From assembly GCA_964252035.1 (NCBI GenBank), contig OZ176211.1: a stretch of DNA of 64,000 nt. One strand, written 5' to 3'. The stretch is from Podarcis erhardii (Eukaryota). Shown piece after piece: positions 33,127 to 44,673 of this stretch. How positions within the stretch are numbered: position 1 is the first letter of the stretch; every line of letters starts with the position of its first letter. Under the pieces are notes generated by a model. It saw only the letters and a program-made list of their open reading frames with translations. It did not search any database and had not been told where the DNA came from. The translations under genes and the position numbers were made by a program.

Positions 33127-34757
33127 GTAAGTTAACAAAGAATAATGTGTTGCTTAAGCCATGGGTTCTTCCTGACTGCATCCCACCTATTTAGAACTTC
33201 TGCTTATATGGATTTGTAGGCCAGCACATACTACCAGACTACTAATTCTGCTACAATAGCACCGAGAATTTAAGAGCCCTTGAAATGATAAGATTACCCA
33301 GCAAATGAAAGCATACGCATGAATTTGATACCTTTGATGAAAGTCTGTTCACATTTCCTCAAAATATACAAGAATTAAGGAGCTTTTTTTAATTACAAAA
33401 CCCAACACCACCTTGAGCATTAACCGAACATGGTAGCACATAATGTAGAACGATTCATAAGACAAATTTAGTGTATTTGAAGACTAAGGGAACATAGGGC
33501 TTTCTGCTGTTCTCATGTGTGGTGTTCAAGAGTGGTTTAATGTTGAATGTTTGCCTGGACTCTAAAAAGTGGCGGTATAAGGATTGCAGCCAACATGGCA
33601 TGATCAGAGTTCTGCTTGCACAATGGAACTTCCACTTTCCCCTGCAGTCCCCCTACTACCCTCCGAATTTTCTCTGAAAGGTCTCCCAACCTGCCAGTGC
33701 AGATGTCAAAGGCATATAGGGAGGTTAAGTTCCATTGTGCAAGTGGAGCTTATTGTAGTTCTGCTTTTGGACTAGCACTGTTGACTACTGCTCTAAGTCT
33801 AAATACCTACAACAGGCATGCTCAAGGATTTATGTGCCCCCTTGGTGGAATCCCCCCCCCCCTTCTGAACAGCAGGTCTCCATTGGAACTAGTTGCATAT
33901 GGTGCCTTGCAAAACATGCCTTCCTAGTAACTCATGCAGTTGGCATGAGTGAATTCATTACACATGTGAAGGCTAAATTGCTTTTTTTGCACTTCTACAA
34001 CTTTGGGGCATTTTTTATTTCTCAGGGTCTTACAAGTATTTTCTCTGTTGTCTTGCTGTAGCCTACATGCCCTCAGATGTTATAATAAAGCTGTTCATTA
34101 TTATCACAGTAAATGCTAGCTGACACATGGTAGGATATTTGAGGCATATGGTTTTCTCAGTATTGACCTCAAAGCAGTTATATTACCTTTTAAAGCTATC
34201 GCCCTTTGTTCTAGAAGCTCTTTCAACACGTTAGCTGTAGCCCAGAGCTCTATACAATGCACTCATGAAAGATTCTACGGGGAATGAACATAATGTTCCA
34301 ACTGCAGTCAATTGATGTTTCCAGGCAGTGCATTTAGGCTCAAATGGGTGGTGGGATGTTACATACATTATTCTGTGGTAGCTAATCATCTTGTATTACA
34401 TTCCAAGCTGCATTCCTCCACTTCCAACTGTTTTAATCTTTAGCATCAAATCAATTTTACTTTTGGAGCATGAACACACTGCTTTCAATTTATTGCTTAA
34501 AATAAGAATTGGAGGGAGATATTTCAGAGACACTTTTAAAATGTAGCTTGTAGAGTGGATTATAGACATGAGCAGCTCTGGATTATTATTTTTTTATAAC
34601 AATTTTAACCATTTGTGTATTCTGTAATCGCTTTCTAACCAATACCAAAGTGCTTTTTTCTTTTTTAAAAAGAAAAATAAACATTAATTTTTTTTGTTTC
34701 TTTAAAAAATAAAAAGGCTGCCTTGCAGTGTTATAATGCTACTTCTTTCTTATCTAG

Positions 34758-34854
34758 GGACCATACTGAATGCCCTGTTTCTGCCTGTTCCTGCAAATGT
34801 ATGCAGCTGGATACAACGGGGAATCTTGTCCCGGCAGAGATGATCCAGCCATGA
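34758..34854 (+). CDS. MIOS: MIOS final coding exon (97 nt including TGA)
   Basis: [31 protein letters not shown]. Exon sum is 2634 nt = 877 aa plus stop. Confidence 0.96.
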
Positions 34855-34967
34855 AACAGTAGAGCTTAAATAAGGTCCTTCACATGAGAGGCTTTCTCCA
34901 ATAGGTTTCCCTCACAGCCCGAACACATACCTCTAACGTGTTACTGTTGACTTGCCTGTAATAGAAA

Positions 34968-34973
34968 AATAAA
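34968..34973 (+). terminator. MIOS: Candidate proximal MIOS poly(A) signal (others at ~35809 and 37020)
   Basis: AATAAA ~115 nt after the stop codon. Usage unknown. Confidence 0.4.
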
Positions 34974-37491
34974 TCATCCTATCACATCAGCAATTTGATG
35001 TGTGGTTGATTTTGATTCTTCAAATTTGGCATGTGGACTTTGTTCAGTGGGTTGTGAAGCAGTTCATTTAAGAGGCATTTATAGGTTTCATTGAAATTCA
35101 AAGCAGCCTTCAAGACTTTCAGCACTACACTGTCCAGACCTTGAGGCTTCCATTTGAGATGAAGTGGCATCATTTGCTGTGTTTTGGTAACTCCATGAAC
35201 CTATAAAACACTATTGAAAACTCTTCTTGGAAAGACAGTCGTGCTGGATATAACAATGTTTCCACCAGCATTTTTTCTAGCTTAGATTTTAAAGTGTTTA
35301 TGCTCCCATCTATAACTTAGCTACCATTGCATTGCTTTTCTGTGACACTCCTAAGACAAATCTTAGCATGAGTTGAGCTGCTTCGGTTTGGATGAGTAAA
35401 TAGTAGTAGCTCAATGCCAGTGTAACATGCTTTGCGGGGCATCCCAAAATAATGTAATTAGTGTTACACAGCTACAGTCCGGTATTAATTAATCTGAAGC
35501 TTTTTAAGTTCAATGATGTGAAAGACCTAACCTTTGAAAAAAATGACAGCTTACCTGTATTCCCGAAACATACTATAGTGTGAATTGCATACATCCAAAT
35601 TTTGTTTTGGGTCAAGAGGACATTCATTTGCATCAGAAAACCACAAGCATATATATAATACACAATCAAGAACAGCCTGAGACATTACAGTTAAAAGTTC
35701 ACTTACAAAATGTGGACGATATAGAATATGTGTTGTGGCAATGGCTGCTCATATCAGATGTTGACGAGCAAATAAATTTTACCCCTCCAAAAAAACTGCC
35801 TATGTCAAAATAAAGGAGCTTATCGATTTCGATAGTGGATAGTATGTAATATACTTCAATAGTGTAAAGTATAGAAAGGTAACATTGCCATGAAATACAG
35901 AAGATGGCAATACACTGACTGGTATAGAACACTAGTGCAGGTGTAGAGAACTTTAGATTTTGCTCACCTACAACTCGCACTATCAGTGGCCACGTATACT
36001 GGGGTTGATAAGAGAGCCAAAGATTCCTCACACCTACTGTAGTGCATGTTACATTTTAGTTTACATTTTTTTCTACTGTTAATTAGCAACACGGCAAATG
36101 AGTTGCATTCAAACTTTCACTAGTCAACTAGAAACTTGAACTTCCTTTGTGCACATTTTCAATGCAATGTAATAATTGTTTGGCCTATATTATAGCTGCC
36201 TAATTGACAATCTTCTGTTGGCTTGGATGCAAGAACCATGCACAATATTCTGTGCATGCCCCTGGGCTTTCTTGCCTACTTTCTCACTGCATTATGAAGG
36301 GCAATGTGGTGCAGTGGGTAGGTAAACAATTGGCCACAGATGCAAGTGGGAGAGAGTTCTACTTGCATGCAGGCCATTTTGGATCCAAGCTTCCGTCTTT
36401 GTACAAAGATATGATGTTAAAAGGGGAGGGGGAAACAAATGCTTAATGGAAGCAGAAATATTTATTTCTATGTACACCATTTTTTAAATTGTTGTATTGC
36501 CTTAGTCAAAGTCTACTTCCTGTCAGAATTGCATTTTTACTATTGATCAATATTTGAGATGCATATCACAATATCTAAGTTCCTGTATTTTTGTAGTTGC
36601 TTCAATACATTTCCAGAATATCTAGAATTTTAAGCCATTAAGAGCAACTTAGACTTTATTTTTGTGCCCTTATATTCAAAGTATTAAGAGCTCTGATATT
36701 AATATGGTGTCTCCTTCCCTTCTGTAAAAAATTATACTGAGTATGTAAATAGGAACTGCTAATATGTGTTATCCAGTTGTCTTAACAGTATTTTGTAAAA
36801 TGAAAGCAGCTGTATTTGCTGACTTTGAGAGGGCACAAAGTCTTTTGTGTACATGAAAGTTCTGTATGAATATCTTAACAGTCAGTGCTCAATGATGCAG
36901 GGGCTGTACTGCATAGATTAGTTCTGACTCGAGCATTTCGGCTTGTGTATGTGTTTCTGCAGACCGAGGGTTTTTAACTACTTCTGTTAATACAGTTGCT
37001 TCTCCTTTTGACATTGTAAAATAAAAGCTTGATTTAACTTCCCATTTTGATTAAGCTGAATGTTTCATGACCTTCAAAGAGGTGATGCTGCAATAGTCCC
37101 GGTAGATACTAGTACCAGATTTTGTAGTATTGTGTTCTGATTTCAGCACCGGGCAGTATTGGGTGTTAAAAGTAAACAGGGAAGCTCCAACATTCCAAGT
37201 GTTTACTTTTATAGTAAATCTACATTGAAAAATTAGGCTTTGATTTATGGTAACCCCCCCCCCCGAAAAACCCCCAGGAGTCCTGCTTTACAATAATATT
37301 CCAACTACCTTGTAAAGAACAGATATTTGGTATGAATCATTCTTCAGACAAGAACTACTACATAAATGGTGTTTATTGTTGAACTGCTATAACATGCTGG
37401 TTAGGTAAGGCGACTAAAGCGCCAATTAAGTCTTAGAATAAAACCAAACACGTTTTAGTTTAGATGTAATCAATATTATGATAGTTTGCAT

Positions 37492-37497
37492 TTTATT
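37492..37497 (-). terminator. RPA3: Candidate RPA3 poly(A) signal (alternative at 37372-37377)
   Basis: AATAAA on the minus strand ~360 nt past the RPA3 stop. Confidence 0.4.
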
Positions 37498-37855
37498 TAA
37501 TACACTGATTTCTCTGATACTTTTCATGTACAAAAGATCACCTAAAAATAAAATAAAAATAAGCACTGTGTTATGTATTTACCTAAGATGGTTACCTGAG
37601 TGACAGCTTAACATTAAAATGCTTATCTATTGCGAAATACTGTCTCTCACTAGACACAGGTTTTTTGTCCTCAGGACAGCATCTCCATTTAGGATACAAA
37701 TGCATGAACGTCTAGATTATGTACTATATTGCTGGCATAGCAGACAGTCCCAAGTACACTTTAAGCAAGATTATTTCATACAGAGATTCTTGAACAGTTC
37801 TGTTCAGTAAGCATCACCAAATTGTCCACTCTTAAGTTGTAACAAAAAGTACCAA

Positions 37856-37932
37856 TCATGCATTAGTACTAAAAGGGTAGTAGTCAGGAAATTCATGGAT
37901 AATTTTCAGAGCTTCATTATATAGTGCTAAAT
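37856..37932 (-). CDS. RPA3: RPA3 exon 4 (77 nt including stop)
   Basis: D-LALYNEALKIIHEFPDYYPFSTNA* aligns to human [20 protein letters not shown]; ttctttcag| acceptor. Confidence 0.94.
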
Positions 37933-38349
37933 CTGAAAGAAACAAGAATATAACATTAAAAAACATTAGTGCAGGTGAACTATCCTATTTATACAATACT
38001 ACCTAAGAGACAACGTTGACTATAATGTGCATCTCATTCTTAAAGAAACATATACTCAATTCCAAAGTCAGGAAGGTTAAAAATATTTCAAGGGGTTGCT
38101 TTAACCAGTATCTTGCCTGAATGTGAACAGGGATTAATTTGATAAAAATCCAATTGACGAAAGCTCAGATTTGTAAATGTATCCACAACAGCTCTCCCTC
38201 TGTAAGAGCAATAACTATATTGAAGAGGCTATATAACAGATTTAATACATCAATAACAGAATTATCCTATCTGGCTAGATATATACCAAGTTCAGTGTTT
38301 TGAACAGACAGGAATGACAACTTGATCTATGACCATGAAGCTGTCATCG

Positions 38350-38473
38350 CAAGTGGCGGTACAGCGGCAGCAGGAGGCCCCATTAACTAAAGTGGTCTTC
38401 AAGTTAAGAATAGTTTCAGGTTAAGAATGGACCTCCAAAATGAATTAAGTTCTTAACCCGAGGTACTACTGTA
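38350..38473. mobile_element. One-ended fragment of the 225-bp Tigger-like MITE
   Basis: ...ggaggccccattaactaaagtgg...ttaacccgaggtactactg|TA. Confidence 0.8.
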
Positions 38474-38676
38474 TCCACACGGGATTTTAATTTCTGAAAA
38501 TGTATTTTGTGCATCTACTTCTTTGGGTATCATGCCAAACATAACTTCCATGGGGGAAAATAGTAGATAAGAACTGACCATTATTGAAAGAAACTTGTTA
38601 ATCAAGAGTGCCAGAAGCTTATTCAAAAGTATTGAAAACCTGCAATTTGCAATGAGGGAGGAAATAATTCACTTAC

Positions 38677-38785
38677 CAAATGCGTTTTTATCTTCTCTGA
38701 ACTGGGTATATGATGCACACATTATGTTTACTTGATTTGTAACTCTTCCTGCTACCTCAATGACCCCAGAGATCTCTTCTTCAAG
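38677..38785 (-). CDS. RPA3: RPA3 exon 3 (109 nt)
   Basis: LEEEISGVIEVAGRVTNQVNIMCASYTQFREDKNAF; cag| and |gtaagt. Confidence 0.95.
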
Positions 38786-39699
38786 CTGCAATAGCAGATG
38801 AACAAGTAAATGTCTTTATTAAGAATTTTACCAACAATCAATTTTACACCTCCCCCACCCACAATGCTTCTGGGAGTTCACTTTATGTTCCAACATAGCA
38901 CTTATGAATTGAAATTACAACTCACTAAACTTGGCTCTCTATTTTACATTAACACCTTACCATAAAACACTTTTAAGAATTACTTAAGAATGTTCAAGAA
39001 AGTGAAGTTCGTTCCAAGTAAAGGTGAGGTTATCTATTCTCTCAAACATCCACCTAACTACATCGTATATTTTGGGAATCTGTGACAAACACAGCCCATT
39101 CAAGCCTTTTGTCTTGCCTGACCCACCCCAGTAAATTCACCTGTTTTTTGCTGTTCATGTGAGCATGCATGCACACGCACATACTGATAACCCTATACAA
39201 ATGATATACAGATGACTGTGAAGAATAGGCAAGATCAAACATAAGACAAAGGAGTTTGTTGGTGTGGAAGTTATTTTTGTTGCACCAAGCAGAAGCATCA
39301 GTACCATACAGCACAGAAAAACAGAGGTTATGTTAGCTGAATATCTGTAGCACTAGCAGGCTACTGCATTTGATTCTAACCTTATATATATGGCTTAGGA
39401 GTGAGCAACAAACAATCCCAGACAAACCTATGGGGCAGGGGAGTTATGCCAAGCGGAAGAGTAAGAATATAAAAATATAATCAGCACACTGTTCAGTCTA
39501 AGAAGATGCTTCTATAGTCTTCAGGTACGTAACTTGATGGGGCAGTTGTAAATGCAGTAGTGCTTATTCTTGTTACTGGGCTAATACGAGAACTATATAA
39601 GTTCCTTTATCTAGCTGAGGTTTAGAACTTGAAGTCCTCATATATGGAACTCCTATACCAGCAACACAGAGACTGTTCAGGTCAATTCCGCTTCTACAA

Positions 39700-39850
39700 T
39701 TAAAGCCACTGTATAGGACTTGCTGATCGTAAGGCCGGCGGTTCGAATCCCCACGGCGGGGTGAGCTCCCATCATTCGGTTCCAGCTCCTGCCCACCTAG
39801 CAGTTCGAAAGCACCCTTAAGTGCAAGTAGATAAATAGGTACCGCTTTAT
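39700..39850 (+). mobile_element. Sauria-type SINE, 5' half (interrupted)
   Basis: cttgctgatc...ggttcgaatcccc...gtgcaagtagataaataggtaccgctttat; continues at 41185. Confidence 0.85.
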
Positions 39851-41184
39851 TGAGGCATCTAATCATAAGCCTGCATTTTTATAAAAGCTTCTATATATTT
39901 CAATCAAGGCTTGTATTTAAAAATGAGCTTAAAAAAAGGATTTTCAAATGTTTCATGCCAGGCAAAAGACCAGCTGCCTAAAAGAACCTTGGCAAGATGT
40001 TTTTCCTCCTAAGACAAGAAGGGCCCCATTGATTTATAGTAGAAAAACAATTCTCAAAGTCATAAAAAGGGAGAATTACATATGCTGCCCCAAGGCTGAG
40101 AAAACACCATTAGGAATGGGGAAGATAATACCAATGTGCCTCCCAGTAAAATGAGCCAGATCTTCTTTCTAAGGTTAAAAGGCCAGGAGCAATGGGGAGA
40201 AACATTTAGCTGGAAAGAGAACATTTTTGGGGGAAGTCTTTTTCTAAAGCTGTTTCTTAAACTAAGAGAGTTAAAAAAAGGTTAAAATGTGTTAAATGTT
40301 GGAAAGGCAACTGGCTTGGCAGAAGAAGCAGCTTCTTCCTATTTTATTTTGAGGCTGGAGAGGAGGGGGAAAGGGGGAGGTGCAAACTGAAGAGGCTTCT
40401 TTTAAAAGCTGTGTTTTATTGAGTTCCTTCCTTTTTACTTTGAAAAGCTTTATTCTTTTAAGAGGCTACCTATGATAAATGTATGAAATATATTAGCTTA
40501 AATATATTGGCTTAAATGTAATTATGCAAAGGATTTAAGGAATGCTAGATTCTTATTTCATATGGTTGTAAGAGTTGTATTTATCCTGAAATTAAGTCAG
40601 CCACCAGCCTAGCCCCCCTGCCGGACAGAGGACGCCATCCGGGCAGTCTTGATATATGGTTGTCAGGCATTTGTTTAGAAACATTAAATGAAGGAAATCT
40701 TTCAATGTTGATGTGAAACTCAAGATCCTTGACATCTGTTGAACATAAAAATGTAAGATTAAACATCTGTTTTAGAAGGCAATAGGGCAAGAAGGGCAAG
40801 AGGTGAGCTGGTAATTAAGATTCCATGTAAGATATATTATTACTTATTTGTCATTTATATATAGCTCTTTGTCTCCCTTATAAGGGCAAGGAAATGGGTG
40901 TATCTTTTGTGGGTGTATCTTTTGTGATTGGCTCTAGCAAACAGCCAATAGGAATTTCAACCAGGCTGATTGGACAGAGGCAGCCACAGGAGGAGCAAAG
41001 GGGGCTGGATTAAGGGAATATAAGTGCTGGCCAGAATGGCAGGAGGCCAGGCCAGAGCTTGGTAACCACGTACCACTGAGCCTCTTATTTATTTGTCTGA
41101 CAAATAAATTACTATTTTAATTTCTCTATTGCTGCGTTGAATATTTCATTCCAGCTAAGCGTTAACCACAAGCAGGGTGCTACA
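39851..41184 (+). mobile_element. Solo LTR (1334 bp), probably Gypsy or ERV type
   Basis: TG...CA ends, 4-bp TSD ttat (39847-39850, 41185-41188), three CCAAT boxes (40927-40973), TATAA at 41019, AATAAA at 41103. Confidence 0.75.
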
Positions 41185-41385
41185 TTATAGCGGGAAGGTA
41201 AACAGCGTTTCCATGTGCGGTGCTGGTGCTGGTGCTAGCTAGCCAGCTGCAGCTTCGTCACGCTGGCCACGCAACCCGGAAGTGTCTTCGGACGGCGCCG
41301 GCTCCCGGCCTCTTGAGCGAGATGAGCGCGCAACCCTAGAGTCGGTCACGACTGGCCCGTACGGGCAGGGGTACCTTTACCTTTT
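41185..41385 (+). mobile_element. Sauria-type SINE, 3' half
   Basis: ttatagcgggaaggtaaac...gagtcggtcacgactgg...acctttacc. Confidence 0.85.
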
Positions 41386-41456
41386 TATGCTCAACACCAG
41401 CAAAAACTGTTAAGCGTAAGAATTATGAAATCTTCCAAAAGACAAGACATACTTAC

Positions 41457-41531
41457 AGGTGTGTCCAGTTCCACGGTTGCATTTTTTCCTTCTCCATCAG
41501 ATAGGAAGAAAAATTTCCCAGATGGATGAAT
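41457..41531 (-). CDS. RPA3: RPA3 exon 2 (75 nt)
   Basis: [25 protein letters not shown]; ttag| and |gtaagt. Confidence 0.95.
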
Positions 41532-42426
41532 CTAAATAAAATTTCAAAACACTCATTTTAAAGGCACTTTTAGCCTGCTGCACCTGCCTATCAACACCAC
41601 TATGTCAGTCTTTTGTCAGAAATACTGAAACACTCAGGTAAATACTCCATCTACATGTGGGCATAACTGCATGCTTTAAAACTGTACATGGCAGCCTGTA
41701 AAAACCAAGCAGATTCAAGGTAATATATACAAAATAAGGATATATACCTCCACTCTCCTCCTGTTGCTTCCTCTCATAATTTTTTGGGGGTATTGGGGTT
41801 GTAATTGCCTTGAGTTTTTACAGTTATCCAAGGCAGGGTACCAATATAATAAACTTCATTTGCTAAATATCCTATGAATAATTTTCTATACCACCCCTCC
41901 TGTGTATTTAATGTGTTCCCACTGTAAACAGTTGAAATCACTAGCAGGAATACATTTAACACTTGTAAGTAACACAAACTTTGGATACTATGGATTTATA
42001 ATAGATTACATTACAGTAAAAGAAGCAGGAATAAAATTTTAGAAATGGAACTCATGGAGTGAGGGAGGTCAGAAGCTTCGAGACAAACTCTTTTTTGTTG
42101 AATTGTGTGAATTGTTATGTTTGTTGTGTATAATCAACAATCACTATGTAAAACTCACAATATATATATACAATATTTAATGTGTTCAGACTGCAAACCA
42201 AGCAAGAGATAAATGTTTTGTTTTTAAATAAAGGATGACAAATGATCCTCGACTTCAGCTGTCTCACAAACGGCAACATTAAAGAGCAGGAGCCTTTGGC
42301 GAAAGTTTGTCTGGAGCTAAGCGAGGGATACCATGGGCATTGCGGATGCACCACCCCAAGGGGCCTGCAATGCTCTGCAAGGCAAATCCCCGGGCGGACG
42401 AAGAGGAGTAAGGGAGCCACTCTTAC

Positions 42427-42525
42427 CTTTTCCAGGCGCCCCACGAAACAAACGGGCTTCCCAATGTACTGCGCCAACTGACTTGTGGCTACGCGTACCC
42501 GGGGTCCTTGCAGCACGTCCGCCAT
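42427..42525 (-). CDS. RPA3: RPA3 (replication protein A 14-kDa subunit) exon 1 (99 nt)
   Basis: MADVLQGPRVRVATSQLAQYIGKPVCFVGRLEK|gtaaga. The four exons total 360 nt = 119 aa plus stop. Confidence 0.96.
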
Positions 42526-42529
42526 TTCG

Positions 42530-43290
42530 GAACTGGGCGTCTGAACCAAGGCCGCCTCCCCCCCGCCCTTTGCCTTTTATCCAGGCTACATTGGCGGGAA
42601 ACTTCGACTTCCGCTCGCCGCGCGGGTCACCACGGCAACGGGCGAAGCGCGCAGAGTTCGACGGTCCCAGGGAAAACCTTCCAATACGCTCGCAGAATGT
42701 TCTACACGCAGGCGGCCTTACGTCATTTCCGTGTAGCGGAGAGCGCGTTAGGGAGTGTTTGCGCATGCGCGCGCCAGCTAACTTAGACTGTGATTTTCCT
42801 CAGCCGACGAGGTTACTTCAGTTCATTCGCCGGGAGGTGTCCCTCGTGAACCCGGAACCGGAGGTTGTTGTGGAGAAAAGGCTGCCGGAGGTGCGTATTC
42901 CAGACAGGCAGGTAGGGTCGGCTGTCAGAGAGGCCTCGCTCGTGGCGAAAACAGGAAAGTCGAGGCCGAGGGTTATTTCGTCCTTCGTTTGTGGCGCGCG
43001 GGGGCAGTTGTCGAATAACGCCGGCGGTGTTGTTTTTTTTTTGCGCTTCGACGGTTATATCCGTTAACATTCAGAATGTACGTGCGGATTTGGAACACGC
43101 GCACGCGCGTCGCCAGTTGGGGAGGGGTGTTGTGGAGCTGCTACGTCAGCTGCTCACGTCTGGTGGGCGGAGCTACCCGCGCCAACAAATTCGCTTTACT
43201 GCTTTTTCCACCTTATGGGGCAGAGCTCTTCTGGGTCCTCCTTGAGATGGGGCTATCTACCCATAGATAGTGGCGTAGAGCCACGGGATG
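42530..43290. promoter_or_regulatory. RPA3/UMAD1 bidirectional CpG-island promoter
   Basis: E2F site TTGGCGGGAAA at 42591-42601, NRF1 site TGCGCATGCGC at 42760-42770, CRE-like TTACGTCA at ~42719, ETS-like CCGGAA at ~42852. Confidence 0.85.
42830..42911 (+). other. UMAD1: Probable UMAD1 non-coding exon 1 (start approximate)
   Basis: Donor CAG|GTAGGG at 42912 in the CpG island, upstream of the acceptor at 49683. Confidence 0.55.
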
Positions 43291-44185
43291 ACGTTGAATT
43301 TTGACAGCCTACCTGTCTGGTCTTCTGTGTATAAATTAACGTCTGAACTGGTGACCCATAGAATAGAGGGGTGTCAAGAAGAAAACAAGGGTTGGCATCC
43401 CATTCAGAGAAACTTAGTTGATTAGTAGTTTGCGGCTTAGGTGATTGATTAATTCGTTAAATTCAAATATGTCAAAACAAGCAGGAAATGGAGTCTCTCT
43501 TTTTCTAGATTATTTATTCATTTATCACGGCAGGCAAGGGTGGATATGCTCATCGTAAGATGGCACGTGCTATCTGTGGTTTTTGTAAGTTCTTGTATAT
43601 AAAAAAAGTTTGGTTGTTTTCCAAAGCTGCTGCTTGTTAATTTTAATTAGTTAATATACTGTAATCTGCAAATCAACTAAAACGTTGCATCCCAAGAAAC
43701 ATGTATCTTGGCGGAGGGAGGGGGGAATGCAGTAGAAGTAAGTTTTGGAGACAACTGTGTGCTCTGTCTTGAAACATTACATTGTTTATGTGAGTAGATC
43801 ACTGTGAGTTATGGGATTGGCTAGGTTTAATCATGTGTCAGAGGTGGTCATACATTATTGCATTTGGTTAGCCCCTGTAAATGAACTGTTCACCTGAAGA
43901 AACTACTTCTTGAAAAATTATTTGCCCTCAAAATCTCCATTACCTAAGATATTTGTATTTGCCATAGAAAGAACCAATTTTTGTAAACCTTCAGTGCTGA
44001 TTGGCTACAAGCAATTTTTATTTGCCAAAGGCAAAGATACCTGTATCCCTTTTTACTACAAAGGAATTTCAGAAATAGACTGGAAAGAGAAGCTGCTGAA
44101 TTACAACTTATCACCAAACTTAAAACCATGGAGAAACCTGGTCTGAACAAAGACCTTGGATTCTTATCTCATTATACATGACAAA

Positions 44186-44490
44186 GCCATTTTTCACCTT
44201 TTCACCCCTTGCTTTTTCCTGTAAGACCTATTGCAGTCGTTAAGAGTCGTCAACAGGCTCATCACAGCTATCTGCCAATCACCCATTCCCACCACCCTTC
44301 TGAGTAATACCCCTCCCCACCTTCTCACTATATAGAAGGGTCTGGAAACTTCTGTTTCAGTGTATCTGAAGAAGTGTGCATGCACACGAAAGCTCATACC
44401 AAGAACTGACTTAGTTGGTCTTTAAGGTGCTACTGGAAGGAATTTGTTTTGTTTTGACTATGGCAGACCAACACGGCTACCTATCTGTAA
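44186..44490 (+). mobile_element. Penelope-like element terminal fragment, copy 2
   Basis: Near-identical to 18909-19217 in opposite orientation; contains a hammerhead. Confidence 0.8.
44362..44399 (+). ncRNA. Minimal type I hammerhead ribozyme motif (predicted cleavage after C44395)
   Basis: GTATCTGAAGAAGTGTGCATGCACACGAAAGCTCATAC, identical to the 19004-19041 copy. Confidence 0.8.
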
Positions 44491-44673
44491 ATGTTTATTA
44501 AGATAGTCTTTAAATTTCTTCCAATCTTCTTCCACTGTGGGAAGTAAGGGAATGGATTTGCTGATTACATAATGAAATTGGAATACAGAAGGGGGAGGTG
44601 TGAGGAGGTCGGAGAAATTAGGTTCAAGAAAATAAGGATGGAAATTATACTTTTTTTTTGTTTTGTTTGTTTG
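44491..44673 (+). mobile_element. L1-clade 3' end with 5' inversion (continues at 47556-47609)
   Basis: 44491-44533 reverse-complements to EEDWKKFKDYLNKH, and 44536+ continues C-G-K-stop. The 3' UTR motif gggag..gtgagga.gtc is shared with the L1 at 9614. Confidence 0.72.

Noticed and set aside
36884-36947. Possible C/D snoRNA or SECIS (tgctc-aATGATG...CTGA-ctc-gagca)
   Set aside because: The C box is imperfect and only ~26 nt from the D box; the helix is too short and lacks the AAR loop needed for SECIS.
42526-42549. N-terminal extension MVQTPSSE of RPA3
   Set aside because: It starts at a non-ATG codon in the ORF track; the ATG at 42525 matches the ortholog start and has a good Kozak context.
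42333-43067. 244-aa plus-strand ORF and other ORFs across the RPA3/UMAD1 promoter
   Set aside because: Stop-poor CpG-island sequence with no recognisable domain; overlaps RPA3 exon 1 in antisense.
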